This document shows, one piece after another, positions 56,657 through 64,000 of a stretch of 64,000 bases of DNA. The first letter of the stretch is position 1; the number at the start of each line of letters is the position of its first letter. The stretch is taken from contig CANSAJ010000004.1 of the NCBI GenBank assembly GCA_947644695.1, forward strand, positions 5,750-69,749, read 5' to 3'. Source of the DNA: an uncultured Bacillota bacterium (GTDB taxonomy: Bacteria > Bacillota_I > Bacilli_A > RF39 > UBA660). A model generated the notes under the pieces. The model was not told the DNA's origin. It saw nothing but the letters and a program-made list of their open reading frames with translations, and searched no databases. The translations under genes and the position numbers were made by a program.

Positions 56657-56712
56657 AAATTCTCTTTTTTTTTATTTGTAAAAATGTTAAAATATACATA
56701 GGATGTGATTAA

Positions 56713-57267
56713 ATGTTTACTTTATTTTTAGATACTCATGGGGAAATTATTACAATTAGTCTGTATAATGAAGAAAAGATTATTACAAAAACACAAGAGA
56801 GTGAATATAGTCATGCAGTGTATGTAGTTCCAATGATAAAAAGTATTCTGGAGGAAAATAATATTACAGTTAAAGATATTAAAAATATAGTAGCAGTTAA
56901 TGGACCAGGAAGTTTTACAGGACTTAGAATTGGACTTAGTGTTGCCAAAACAATGGCATATTCTTTAGGAATTCCTATTTATTTGATTTCCAGTTTAAGT
57001 GCTTATTTAGTTAGTGATGAAAGTGATCGTGATAAAGCTTGTATATTAGAAGATAATAAAGGATATTATATAAGTGTTTTTAATAAGGATAATGAATGTT
57101 TAGTTGATGAATGTTATGTTGAAAATAAAGATAAATATAAAGATATATATAGTGTGCCACTTGTGATTGATGTTAAGAAAGTAATTGATTTTGCATTAAA
57201 AGATCAAGCAGTGGATGCTCATTTGGTTAGAGCTAATTATGTGAAAAAGATAGAGGTTGAAAAGTGA
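56713..57267 (+). CDS. tsaB: tRNA t6A37 biosynthesis protein TsaB
   Basis: NGPGSFTGLRIGLSVAKTMAYSLGIP. Short form of 184 aa. Confidence 0.85.
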   Translation: MFTLFLDTHGEIITISLYNEEKIITKTQESEYSHAVYVVPMIKSILEENNITVKDIKNIVAVNGPGSFTGLRIGLSVAKTMAYSLGIPIYLISSLSAYLVSDESDRDKACILEDNKGYYISVFNKDNECLVDECYVENKDKYKDIYSVPLVIDVKKVIDFALKDQAVDAHLVRANYVKKIEVEK

Positions 57268-57602
57268 TAAAGATAGAAGAATTAGAAAATAGTAAAGTTA
57301 AATTTTATTATGAAATTAATTATGTTGAAGTTGGTTATGTTTTAGTTGAAGATGTAATAGATGTAATTAATATAGTAGATGTTAAAGTTGTAGATGAGCA
57401 TAGGAGAAAGGGTATTGCTCGAGAATTATTTAAGTATATTTTTAATTACTATAAAGATAGAGAGCTTAGATATATGTTAGAGGTAAGAAAAGATAATTTA
57501 CCTGCGATTAGTTTGTATGATAGCTTAGGCTTTAATAAGATATATGTCAGAAATAAATATTATAAAGATGTGGATGCTATTATAATGGAGTATAAAAATT
57601 AG
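57264..57602 (+). CDS. rimI: GNAT acetyltransferase, RimI-like (short)
   Basis: Positioned between tsaB and tsaD. HRRKGIARELF matches the acetyl-CoA-binding Q/RxxGxG/A motif. At 112 aa it is shorter than a typical RimI. Confidence 0.6.
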   Translation: MIKIEELENSKVKFYYEINYVEVGYVLVEDVIDVINIVDVKVVDEHRRKGIARELFKYIFNYYKDRELRYMLEVRKDNLPAISLYDSLGFNKIYVRNKYYKDVDAIIMEYKN

Positions 57603-57615
57603 AGGGAGTGGTATT

Positions 57616-58635
57616 TTGAAAGATGTATATATATTAGCTATTGAATCAAGTTGTGATGAAACTAGTGTAAGTATTGTTAAAAATGGAAAAGAAGATATAG
57701 CAACTACAATTAATTCTCAAATAGATACTCATAAATTATATGGTGGTGTTGTGCCAGAAGTTGCTAGTAGACTTCATTTGGAAAACATAACTTTAGTTAT
57801 TGAGGAAACGTTAAATAAAGCTAATATGAGTGTATCTGATATGGATGCTGTTGCTTGTACATATAGTCCAGGGCTTTTAGGAAGTTTGTTAGTTGGACTT
57901 GAAAGTGCAAAGACACTTAGTTTAGTTTATGATAAACCTTTTATTAAAGTAAATCATATGATGGGGCATATAGTTGCTAATAATATAGATCAAACTTTAG
58001 AATATCCTTTAATTTCTTTAATTATAAGTGGTGGACATACTGATTTAATTTATATGGAGAATGAAAATAGTTTTAAATATGTTGGTCAAACATTAGATGA
58101 TGCTGTTGGTGAATGTTATGATAAGGTTGCTAGAATATTAAATATGCCTTATCCTGGAGGGCCTAATGTTGAAAAACTTGCTTTAAAAGGAAAAGATAGT
58201 TATAGTATGCCTAATATTTTAAATGATGATAGTTGTAATTTTAGTTTTAGTGGTATTAAGAGTCATGTTAATAATTTAGTTCATAATTCTAGACAAAGAG
58301 GAGAAGATATTATAAAAGAGGATGTTGCTTGTTCGTTTCAGAATGCAGTTACTAATTGTTTAGTTAATAAAACTCTTTTGGCTTTGAAAAAATATAATGT
58401 TAGTAATTTAAGTATTGCAGGAGGTGTTGCATCTAATTCTTTTATTAGGAAAGCTTTAACTAACATGTGTAATGAGAATGGTATTAAAGTTTTTATACCT
58501 AATAAAAAATATTGTACAGATAATGCCACCATGATTGGTGCGGCAGCTTATATTTTATATAAAAATAATCAGTTTAGTTCTTTAGATGTTAATGCAAGTA
58601 GTCATGAAGAGCTTAATTTTAAGGAGAAAGAATAA
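57616..58635 (+). CDS. tsaD: tRNA N6-adenosine threonylcarbamoyltransferase TsaD
   Basis: ILAIESSCDETSVSIV, MMGHI and GGVASN motifs. TTG start with a GGGAG RBS. Confidence 0.95.
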   Translation: MKDVYILAIESSCDETSVSIVKNGKEDIATTINSQIDTHKLYGGVVPEVASRLHLENITLVIEETLNKANMSVSDMDAVACTYSPGLLGSLLVGLESAKTLSLVYDKPFIKVNHMMGHIVANNIDQTLEYPLISLIISGGHTDLIYMENENSFKYVGQTLDDAVGECYDKVARILNMPYPGGPNVEKLALKGKDSYSMPNILNDDSCNFSFSGIKSHVNNLVHNSRQRGEDIIKEDVACSFQNAVTNCLVNKTLLALKKYNVSNLSIAGGVASNSFIRKALTNMCNENGIKVFIPNKKYCTDNATMIGAAAYILYKNNQFSSLDVNASSHEELNFKEKE

Positions 58636-59189
58636 TGTTAAGTTTTTTAAAAGAATATATTATGCATCCTAGAAGTGTAGGTGCGGTTGCTCCAAGTGGT
58701 AAGAATTTGTCTATAAAAATGATGGAACCTATTAATTTTGAAAAAGCAGATGTGATTGTGGAATATGGTCCTGGTACTGGTTCTTTTTCTAGAGAGTTAG
58801 TTAAGAGTAAAAAGGAGGGGACTGTTTTAATTTTAATCGAGCAGAATGAGAAGTTTTGTGAGATTTTAAATCATGAATTTAAAGATATTAAAAATGTACA
58901 TATAGTAAAAGATAGTGCAGAGAATGTTATAGAAATTTTAAAATTTTTAGGTTTTGATCATGCTGATTATATAGTTTCTGGCTTACCTTTTATATCATTA
59001 CCTAAAAATGTGTCTTTAAAAATCTTTAATGAGACTAAGAAGATAATTAATAAAGGATATTTTATAACATTTCAGTATTCAAAGGTTAAGAGACATTTTT
59101 TTGAGAAATATTTTGATTTTCAAGATATTTTACGTGTTTTAAAGAATTTACCTCCTGCATACGTTTTTGTCCTTAAGAATAAAAAGTAA
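58635..59189 (+). CDS. Class I SAM-dependent methyltransferase
   Basis: Motif I VEYGPGTGSFS. Overall it resembles phospholipid/rRNA-adenine N-methyltransferase-like proteins. Confidence 0.65.
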   Translation: MLSFLKEYIMHPRSVGAVAPSGKNLSIKMMEPINFEKADVIVEYGPGTGSFSRELVKSKKEGTVLILIEQNEKFCEILNHEFKDIKNVHIVKDSAENVIEILKFLGFDHADYIVSGLPFISLPKNVSLKIFNETKKIINKGYFITFQYSKVKRHFFEKYFDFQDILRVLKNLPPAYVFVLKNKK

Positions 59190-59281
59190 TAAGTGTTAAT
59201 GATATATAGATTTTATTGAAAGTTATTGAAATAACTTTCTTTTTGTTATAAAATTGTTTTATAGAATATCGGAGGATAGTT

Positions 59282-59896
59282 ATGGAAAAAGAATCTAATA
59301 AAAGTTATATTATTACTATGATTGTTGGAGTTTTGTGTTTAATAGTAGTGGTATTTTCAGTAACTTATGCTTATTTTAGGCCTAGAATTACTGGAGAAGG
59401 AAAGCCTATAGAAGCTATTGCGGGGACTGTGAAGCTTAGTATTTCTGAATCTAAGATAACAGCTAATGCTTTGGCGCCTATTAGGGATACATCTAAGGAT
59501 ACAAAGGCTCAGAAGAATACTTTTACTATTTCACGTACAGAAGATAGTAATTTGGGAGCTTGTTATGCTTTATATTTAGTGGTAGATGAAATAGGTTCAG
59601 CTATGCAGAATGAATATTTTAAATATGAACTTGATTATGGAGCAGATACTCCTATAAGTGGAGATTTTTCTAATTTAACTTTTGATGATGAAGGTAAAGC
59701 TAGTATTGGTCTTTTGGTAAATCAAGAGATTACAGATTCTAAACCGCAGAATAGTTATACATTACGTTTGTGGTTAAGTTATGATCCTGATGTTGATCAA
59801 ACTAGTTTAATAACAGGAGATGCTACTACTAGAACTTTTAAGGGGCATGTATATGCGTCTGGTAAAAGTGGAGTGTGTGAAGTACAAGGTAATTAA
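59282..59896 (+). CDS. Membrane-anchored hypothetical protein
   Basis: N-terminal TM helix YIITMIVGVLCLIVVVFSV and a beta-rich extracellular part. No motif was recognised. Confidence 0.5.
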   Translation: MEKESNKSYIITMIVGVLCLIVVVFSVTYAYFRPRITGEGKPIEAIAGTVKLSISESKITANALAPIRDTSKDTKAQKNTFTISRTEDSNLGACYALYLVVDEIGSAMQNEYFKYELDYGADTPISGDFSNLTFDDEGKASIGLLVNQEITDSKPQNSYTLRLWLSYDPDVDQTSLITGDATTRTFKGHVYASGKSGVCEVQGN

Positions 59897-59967
59897 TATC
59901 TTGTATTTTTTTTTGATTTAATTCATAAAGACTAATATTTTTTAATATACTTTTACAGGTGAATATT

Positions 59968-62550
59968 ATGTTTAATATTAAGGGTCTTACAGAAGAAGAA
60001 GCAGTAAAGTCTCGTGAAAAAAATGGTAGTAATTCTATAACTCATTATAAAAAGCATACGTTATTTAATTTAATATTAGAGTCATTAAATGATCCAATAA
60101 TTAAGATATTATTAATAGCTCTTGGTATTAAAATATTATTTCTTTTTCATGATAGTGATGTTTATGAGACTATTGGTATTATAGTAGCTATTATTTTAGC
60201 AAGTGTTATTAGTAGTTTAAGTGAGTATGGAAGTGAGAAGGCATTTGAGAAGCTTTCAAGTGAGACTTCTAAGATTAGTGCTAAAGTTATTAGGAATTCA
60301 AAACTTATTAATATTCCTATTGATGATGTGGTTGTTGGGGATATGGTATTTTTAGAAAGTGGGGATAAAGCACCTGCTGATGGTGTAATGGTTGAAGGGA
60401 ATATATCTGCTGATGAGTCTATGTTAACGGGTGAAACTAAAGAAAAGTATAAAAATCCAAATGATGAGGTTTTTAGAGGTAGTGTTATTACAAGTGGTAG
60501 TGGTATTCTTAAAGTGTCTAAAGTTGGGAATGAAACTTTTTATGGAAAGATAGCTAAGGATATTCAAGAAAAGACTCCAGAAAGTCCTCTTAAAAATAGG
60601 CTTAGAGTTCTTGCTACTTTTATAAGTAAGATTGGTTATTTTTGTGCTTTTTTGGTTATACTTTCTTATCTTTTTAGTGTGATATTTATTAATAATAACT
60701 TTGATATGGATAAGATTATTCCTATGATTAGTAGTTTTAAAGTTATGGGGCCTCATTTACTTTATGCACTTACATTAGGTGTCACTATTATAGTTGTTGC
60801 AGTTCCAGAAGGACTACCTATGATGATTACTTTAGTTTTATCTTCAAATATGAAAAGGCTTCTTAAGAATAATGTTTTAGTTAGAAAACTTGTAGGGATA
60901 GAGTCTAGTGGTAGTTTAAATATTTTATTTAGTGATAAGACTGGTACAATTACTAAAGGTAAGTTAGATGTTGTAGGGTTTGTTGATTATAATGGGAAAA
61001 AGTATAAATCTTTTAATGAGGTTTCTTCTTTAAAATTAGGTGAAATTTTAAAAGTTGGCCTGGTTTATAATAATGCCTCTTCTTTTTCTGGAGATTCTAT
61101 TATAGGTGGAAATATTACAGACAGAGCGATTTTGTCTTTTGTTAAAAGTGATGATAAGTCTAAATATAAGATTCTGGATAAAGAGGATTTTGATAGTAAG
61201 CGCAAATATTCTAGTGTTACTTTAAATTATGAAAATAAAACAGTTTTTTATAAGGGTGCTTATGAGATTCTTATTGATAAGTGTACAAATTATTGCAGAA
61301 CTGATGGATCTAAGATGCTTATAAAAGATAAGAAGGAATTGATAAAATTAGGTAATAAATATACAGAAGAAGGTTTTCGTGTGTTGGCAGTTGCTATTTC
61401 TAAGGATAATAATTTTACTAATTTATCTTTTGTTGGAATGTTATTAATTAAAGATGAGGTTAGAGAGGAAGCTATTAAGGGTATTGAATTAGTAAAAAAG
61501 GCAGGTATTCAAACAGTCATGATAACTGGAGATAATGCTTTAACTGCTAAAGTTATTGCTGAAGAAGTAGGGCTAGTGGAAAGTGATAGTGATTTGGTTA
61601 TAACTAGTGAAGAATTAAGAGGTATGACTGATTTTGATGTTAAAAGAATTCTTCCTAATTTGAGAGTTGTTGCTAGAAGTTTACCAGAGGATAAAAAAAG
61701 ACTTGTGTATTTAAGTCAGGAAATGGGACTTGTTGTAGGAATGACAGGTGATGGTGTAAATGATGCTCCAGCTTTAAAGAGAGCCGATGTTGGTTTTGCC
61801 ATGGGAAGTGGTACAGAGGTTGCAAAAGAAGTTAGTGATATTATTATACTTGATGATAATTTTCTTAGTATAGCTAAGACTGTACTTTTTGGTAGGACCA
61901 TATTTAAAAGTATAAGAAAGTTTATTATTTTTCAGTTAACAGTAAATATTACAGCTGTCAGTCTTTCTGTAATAGGTCCATTTTTTGGAATAATAGCTCC
62001 TGTAACAGTAATTCAAATGCTTTGGATTAATATGGTTATGGATACGTTAGCGGGCGTTGCATACGCGTTTGAACCTCCTTTACTTGAATACATGGAAGAA
62101 AAGCCTAAGAGGCGTGATGAGAAAATTATGAATTCTTATATGGTAAATGAAATTTTGATTACAGGGGCTTATCTTAGTTTATTATGTATGTGGTTTTTAA
62201 AGTCTAAGTTTATTGGAGAAATTTATAGAATAGGTGAGGATTCTAAATATTTAATGACTGCATTTTTTGGGCTATTTATATTTATGACTATTTTTAATAC
62301 TTTTAATGCAAGGACACATAGATTGAATATATTTGGTAATATTTTAAGGAATAAAGTTTTTTTAATAATAATTCTGTTTGTTGTTATTATTCAAGTTTGT
62401 ATGATTTATTTTGGTGGAAGTATTTTTAGAACTACTGGTCTTACATTTTTAGAGTTTGATGTTATGTTAGTTTTAGCTTTTAGTGTTATTCCTTTTGATT
62501 TCATAAGAAAAGTAATTCTTAAGAGATTAGGAAGATCTATAGGGGTATAA
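59968..62550 (+). CDS. P-type (Ca2+-type, P2) cation-transporting ATPase
   Basis: TGES-like LTGET, phosphorylation site SDKTGTITKG, and the hinge motif GMTGDGVNDAPALKRADVGFAMG, plus PEGLP. AGGTGA RBS precedes ATG 59968. Confidence 0.9.
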   Translation: MFNIKGLTEEEAVKSREKNGSNSITHYKKHTLFNLILESLNDPIIKILLIALGIKILFLFHDSDVYETIGIIVAIILASVISSLSEYGSEKAFEKLSSETSKISAKVIRNSKLINIPIDDVVVGDMVFLESGDKAPADGVMVEGNISADESMLTGETKEKYKNPNDEVFRGSVITSGSGILKVSKVGNETFYGKIAKDIQEKTPESPLKNRLRVLATFISKIGYFCAFLVILSYLFSVIFINNNFDMDKIIPMISSFKVMGPHLLYALTLGVTIIVVAVPEGLPMMITLVLSSNMKRLLKNNVLVRKLVGIESSGSLNILFSDKTGTITKGKLDVVGFVDYNGKKYKSFNEVSSLKLGEILKVGLVYNNASSFSGDSIIGGNITDRAILSFVKSDDKSKYKILDKEDFDSKRKYSSVTLNYENKTVFYKGAYEILIDKCTNYCRTDGSKMLIKDKKELIKLGNKYTEEGFRVLAVAISKDNNFTNLSFVGMLLIKDEVREEAIKGIELVKKAGIQTVMITGDNALTAKVIAEEVGLVESDSDLVITSEELRGMTDFDVKRILPNLRVVARSLPEDKKRLVYLSQEMGLVVGMTGDGVNDAPALKRADVGFAMGSGTEVAKEVSDIIILDDNFLSIAKTVLFGRTIFKSIRKFIIFQLTVNITAVSLSVIGPFFGIIAPVTVIQMLWINMVMDTLAGVAYAFEPPLLEYMEEKPKRRDEKIMNSYMVNEILITGAYLSLLCMWFLKSKFIGEIYRIGEDSKYLMTAFFGLFIFMTIFNTFNARTHRLNIFGNILRNKVFLIIILFVVIIQVCMIYFGGSIFRTTGLTFLEFDVMLVLAFSVIPFDFIRKVILKRLGRSIGV

Positions 62551-62564
62551 AAAAAACAGCTGTA

Positions 62565-63002
62565 TTATAGATAAGCTTCTAATAATTCAGTTTGTTTTTT
62601 TCCAAAGTTTAATATTTCTTCAGCTAGTTTTAAAGTTTCTTTACTAGCTTCTTTTTTATATTTTTTAATTTTTGCTTCTATATCAATGTTTCCCATGTTA
62701 AATCCTCTTATGAGAATACTTGCTATTTTAGAGTCGCTGTTGTCTTTTTTTACTTCCATTTTCATGGCTGTGTCAGCTGTTAGTTTTTTAAGTAAACCAC
62801 TGGTTGCAGGTTCTAATTTTTCTTTTTTCATTAATTTTTTACATTTTTTATAAAAGCTTTCATATCTTTGTAATTCTTCTTCTAGGAGAAATTTAATTTT
62901 ATTGTTTTTTTCTTTTATTAATTCTAATAGTTTTTTAGCACTAGATAAACCCATTTTTGTATTGTCATGTATAAGTGTTAATAGTTCTTCATTTTCATTC
63001 AT
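62565..63002 (-). CDS. Helical hypothetical protein (145 aa)
   Basis: Lys/Glu-rich predicted helical ORF. No motif was recognised. Confidence 0.5.
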   Translation of the reverse strand: MNENEELLTLIHDNTKMGLSSAKKLLELIKEKNNKIKFLLEEELQRYESFYKKCKKLMKKEKLEPATSGLLKKLTADTAMKMEVKKDNSDSKIASILIRGFNMGNIDIEAKIKKYKKEASKETLKLAEEILNFGKKQTELLEAYL

Positions 63003-63126
63003 AAAATCACCTGTTTTTATTATTAACCTGTTTGTTTAAATATATACTCTTAGTATTTTTATTAGTTTAAATTAAACTTTAAATTTTATTTTAAAAGATG
63101 TATAATATTAGAAAGGGAGGTTCGAT

Positions 63127-63519
63127 ATGAATAGGTTTATTAAGTACTTCTATGTGTTTATAACAGCGTTGTTTGCATTACTTACTGCATATGAAATATA
63201 TATGTATATGAAAATTGATTCTAACTATATTGGCATTTTTTATTTATTTTTTAATTTCTTTGTTATGTTTTTATTGTTTACAATTACGTTTAATTATAAG
63301 ACTGCTAATAAGAATATTAGATTTAGTAAAAATATAGTAGTTATTATTGTTGGTATATTTTCTAGTTTTGTATTAGCACTTTTATTACCAAATATTTTTC
63401 ATTATACAGATGATTCATTTTTGTTTGAAAATTCGATTTATGTAATTAGTAAAATAATAAAACCTATAATATATATTAGTTTAGGTGCAGTTAGTGCACT
63501 TGAAATGAAGAGGCGTTAA
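63127..63519 (+). CDS. Membrane hypothetical protein
   Basis: Four hydrophobic helices. GGGAGG RBS upstream. Confidence 0.5.
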   Translation: MNRFIKYFYVFITALFALLTAYEIYMYMKIDSNYIGIFYLFFNFFVMFLLFTITFNYKTANKNIRFSKNIVVIIVGIFSSFVLALLLPNIFHYTDDSFLFENSIYVISKIIKPIIYISLGAVSALEMKRR

Positions 63520-64000
63520 ATAAAAGCATTTATAGATGTTATAATAAGATCAATGATCATTATTATGAAGATACCTAAGAATAAAGTTTTAGGTATTTTT
63601 TTTATGATTTTATCTGTAATTGGTTTTATATAGTAATATACAAGCATTGAACCTATAGTCCATATGGTAGTTACTTCTACACTAATGAATTCGCCGATGT
63701 TTAATGGAAGTTTTTTGTAGTTCCACATTTTTACATGATATATGTTTTTAAGCATAATGCCTCCGATAAATTCTAATATCATTAAAGATATGAAAGCTGT
63801 TATAAACATATAAAATATTTTTTTGTAGTCAGGTTTAACTTTAGTAAATTTTTTGAAAAGTAAGAACATTAAAGTTAATCCTATACCATATACAATTGTA
63901 TATGGACCATACATAAATCCACTTTCACTGTTGATGTGAAATATGAAAGCAGTTAATGTTTCAAAGATATATCCGATTATTGAATAAAAAACAAAATTAT
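63516..64000 (-). CDS. Polytopic membrane protein, paralog of 182-886 (5' end beyond the window)
   Basis: The frame stays open upstream of the track's Met (63914) to the window end. IGYIFETLTAFIFHINSESGFMYGPYTIVYGIG aligns with FGNYYEMILNLV...RRGVIYGPFSPIYGIG of the ORF at 182-886. Confidence 0.55.
   Translation of the reverse strand, partial: NFVFYSIIGYIFETLTAFIFHINSESGFMYGPYTIVYGIGLTLMFLLFKKFTKVKPDYKKIFYMFITAFISLMILEFIGGIMLKNIYHVKMWNYKKLPLNIGEFISVEVTTIWTIGSMLVYYYIKPITDKIIKKIPKTLFLGIFIIMIIDLIITSINAFI

Overview
Very AT-rich, Clostridium-like Firmicute chromosome, judged from sporulation genes (cotJB/cotJC, SleB-like hydrolase), rubrerythrin, a CIRCE operator and tsaEBD-rimI. The window splits in two. 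Roughly 1.0-31.9 kb is a dense accessory/defence island, and 32-64 kb is ordinary core genome with two tRNAs and no rRNA, CRISPR array or prophage. The island holds, in order: (i) a six-gene translationally coupled operon at 1682-8237. It encodes a radical SAM enzyme, an unknown 229-aa protein, a PLD(HKD)-nuclease/SF2-helicase fusion, a 64-aa micro-ORF, an orphan DndD-family ATPase and a 147-aa helical protein. I cannot match this set to any named system, and it is my best candidate for an undescribed defence system. (ii) A zinc-ribbon/Lgt-paralog module with decayed gene fragments. (iii) A four-gene Wadjet (JetABCD) system. (iv) An Amidase_3/LysM cell-wall amidase gene split by an element of about 11.3 kb. 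That element is bounded by perfect 10-nt inverted repeats around a GG core and ends in a large serine recombinase gene. Its cargo is a Fic-wHTH protein, a complete type I R-M system and a retron-type reverse transcriptase fused to a trypsin-like protease, with a plausible msr/msd locus upstream. All product calls rest on motifs read by eye from the translations. No database search was run.
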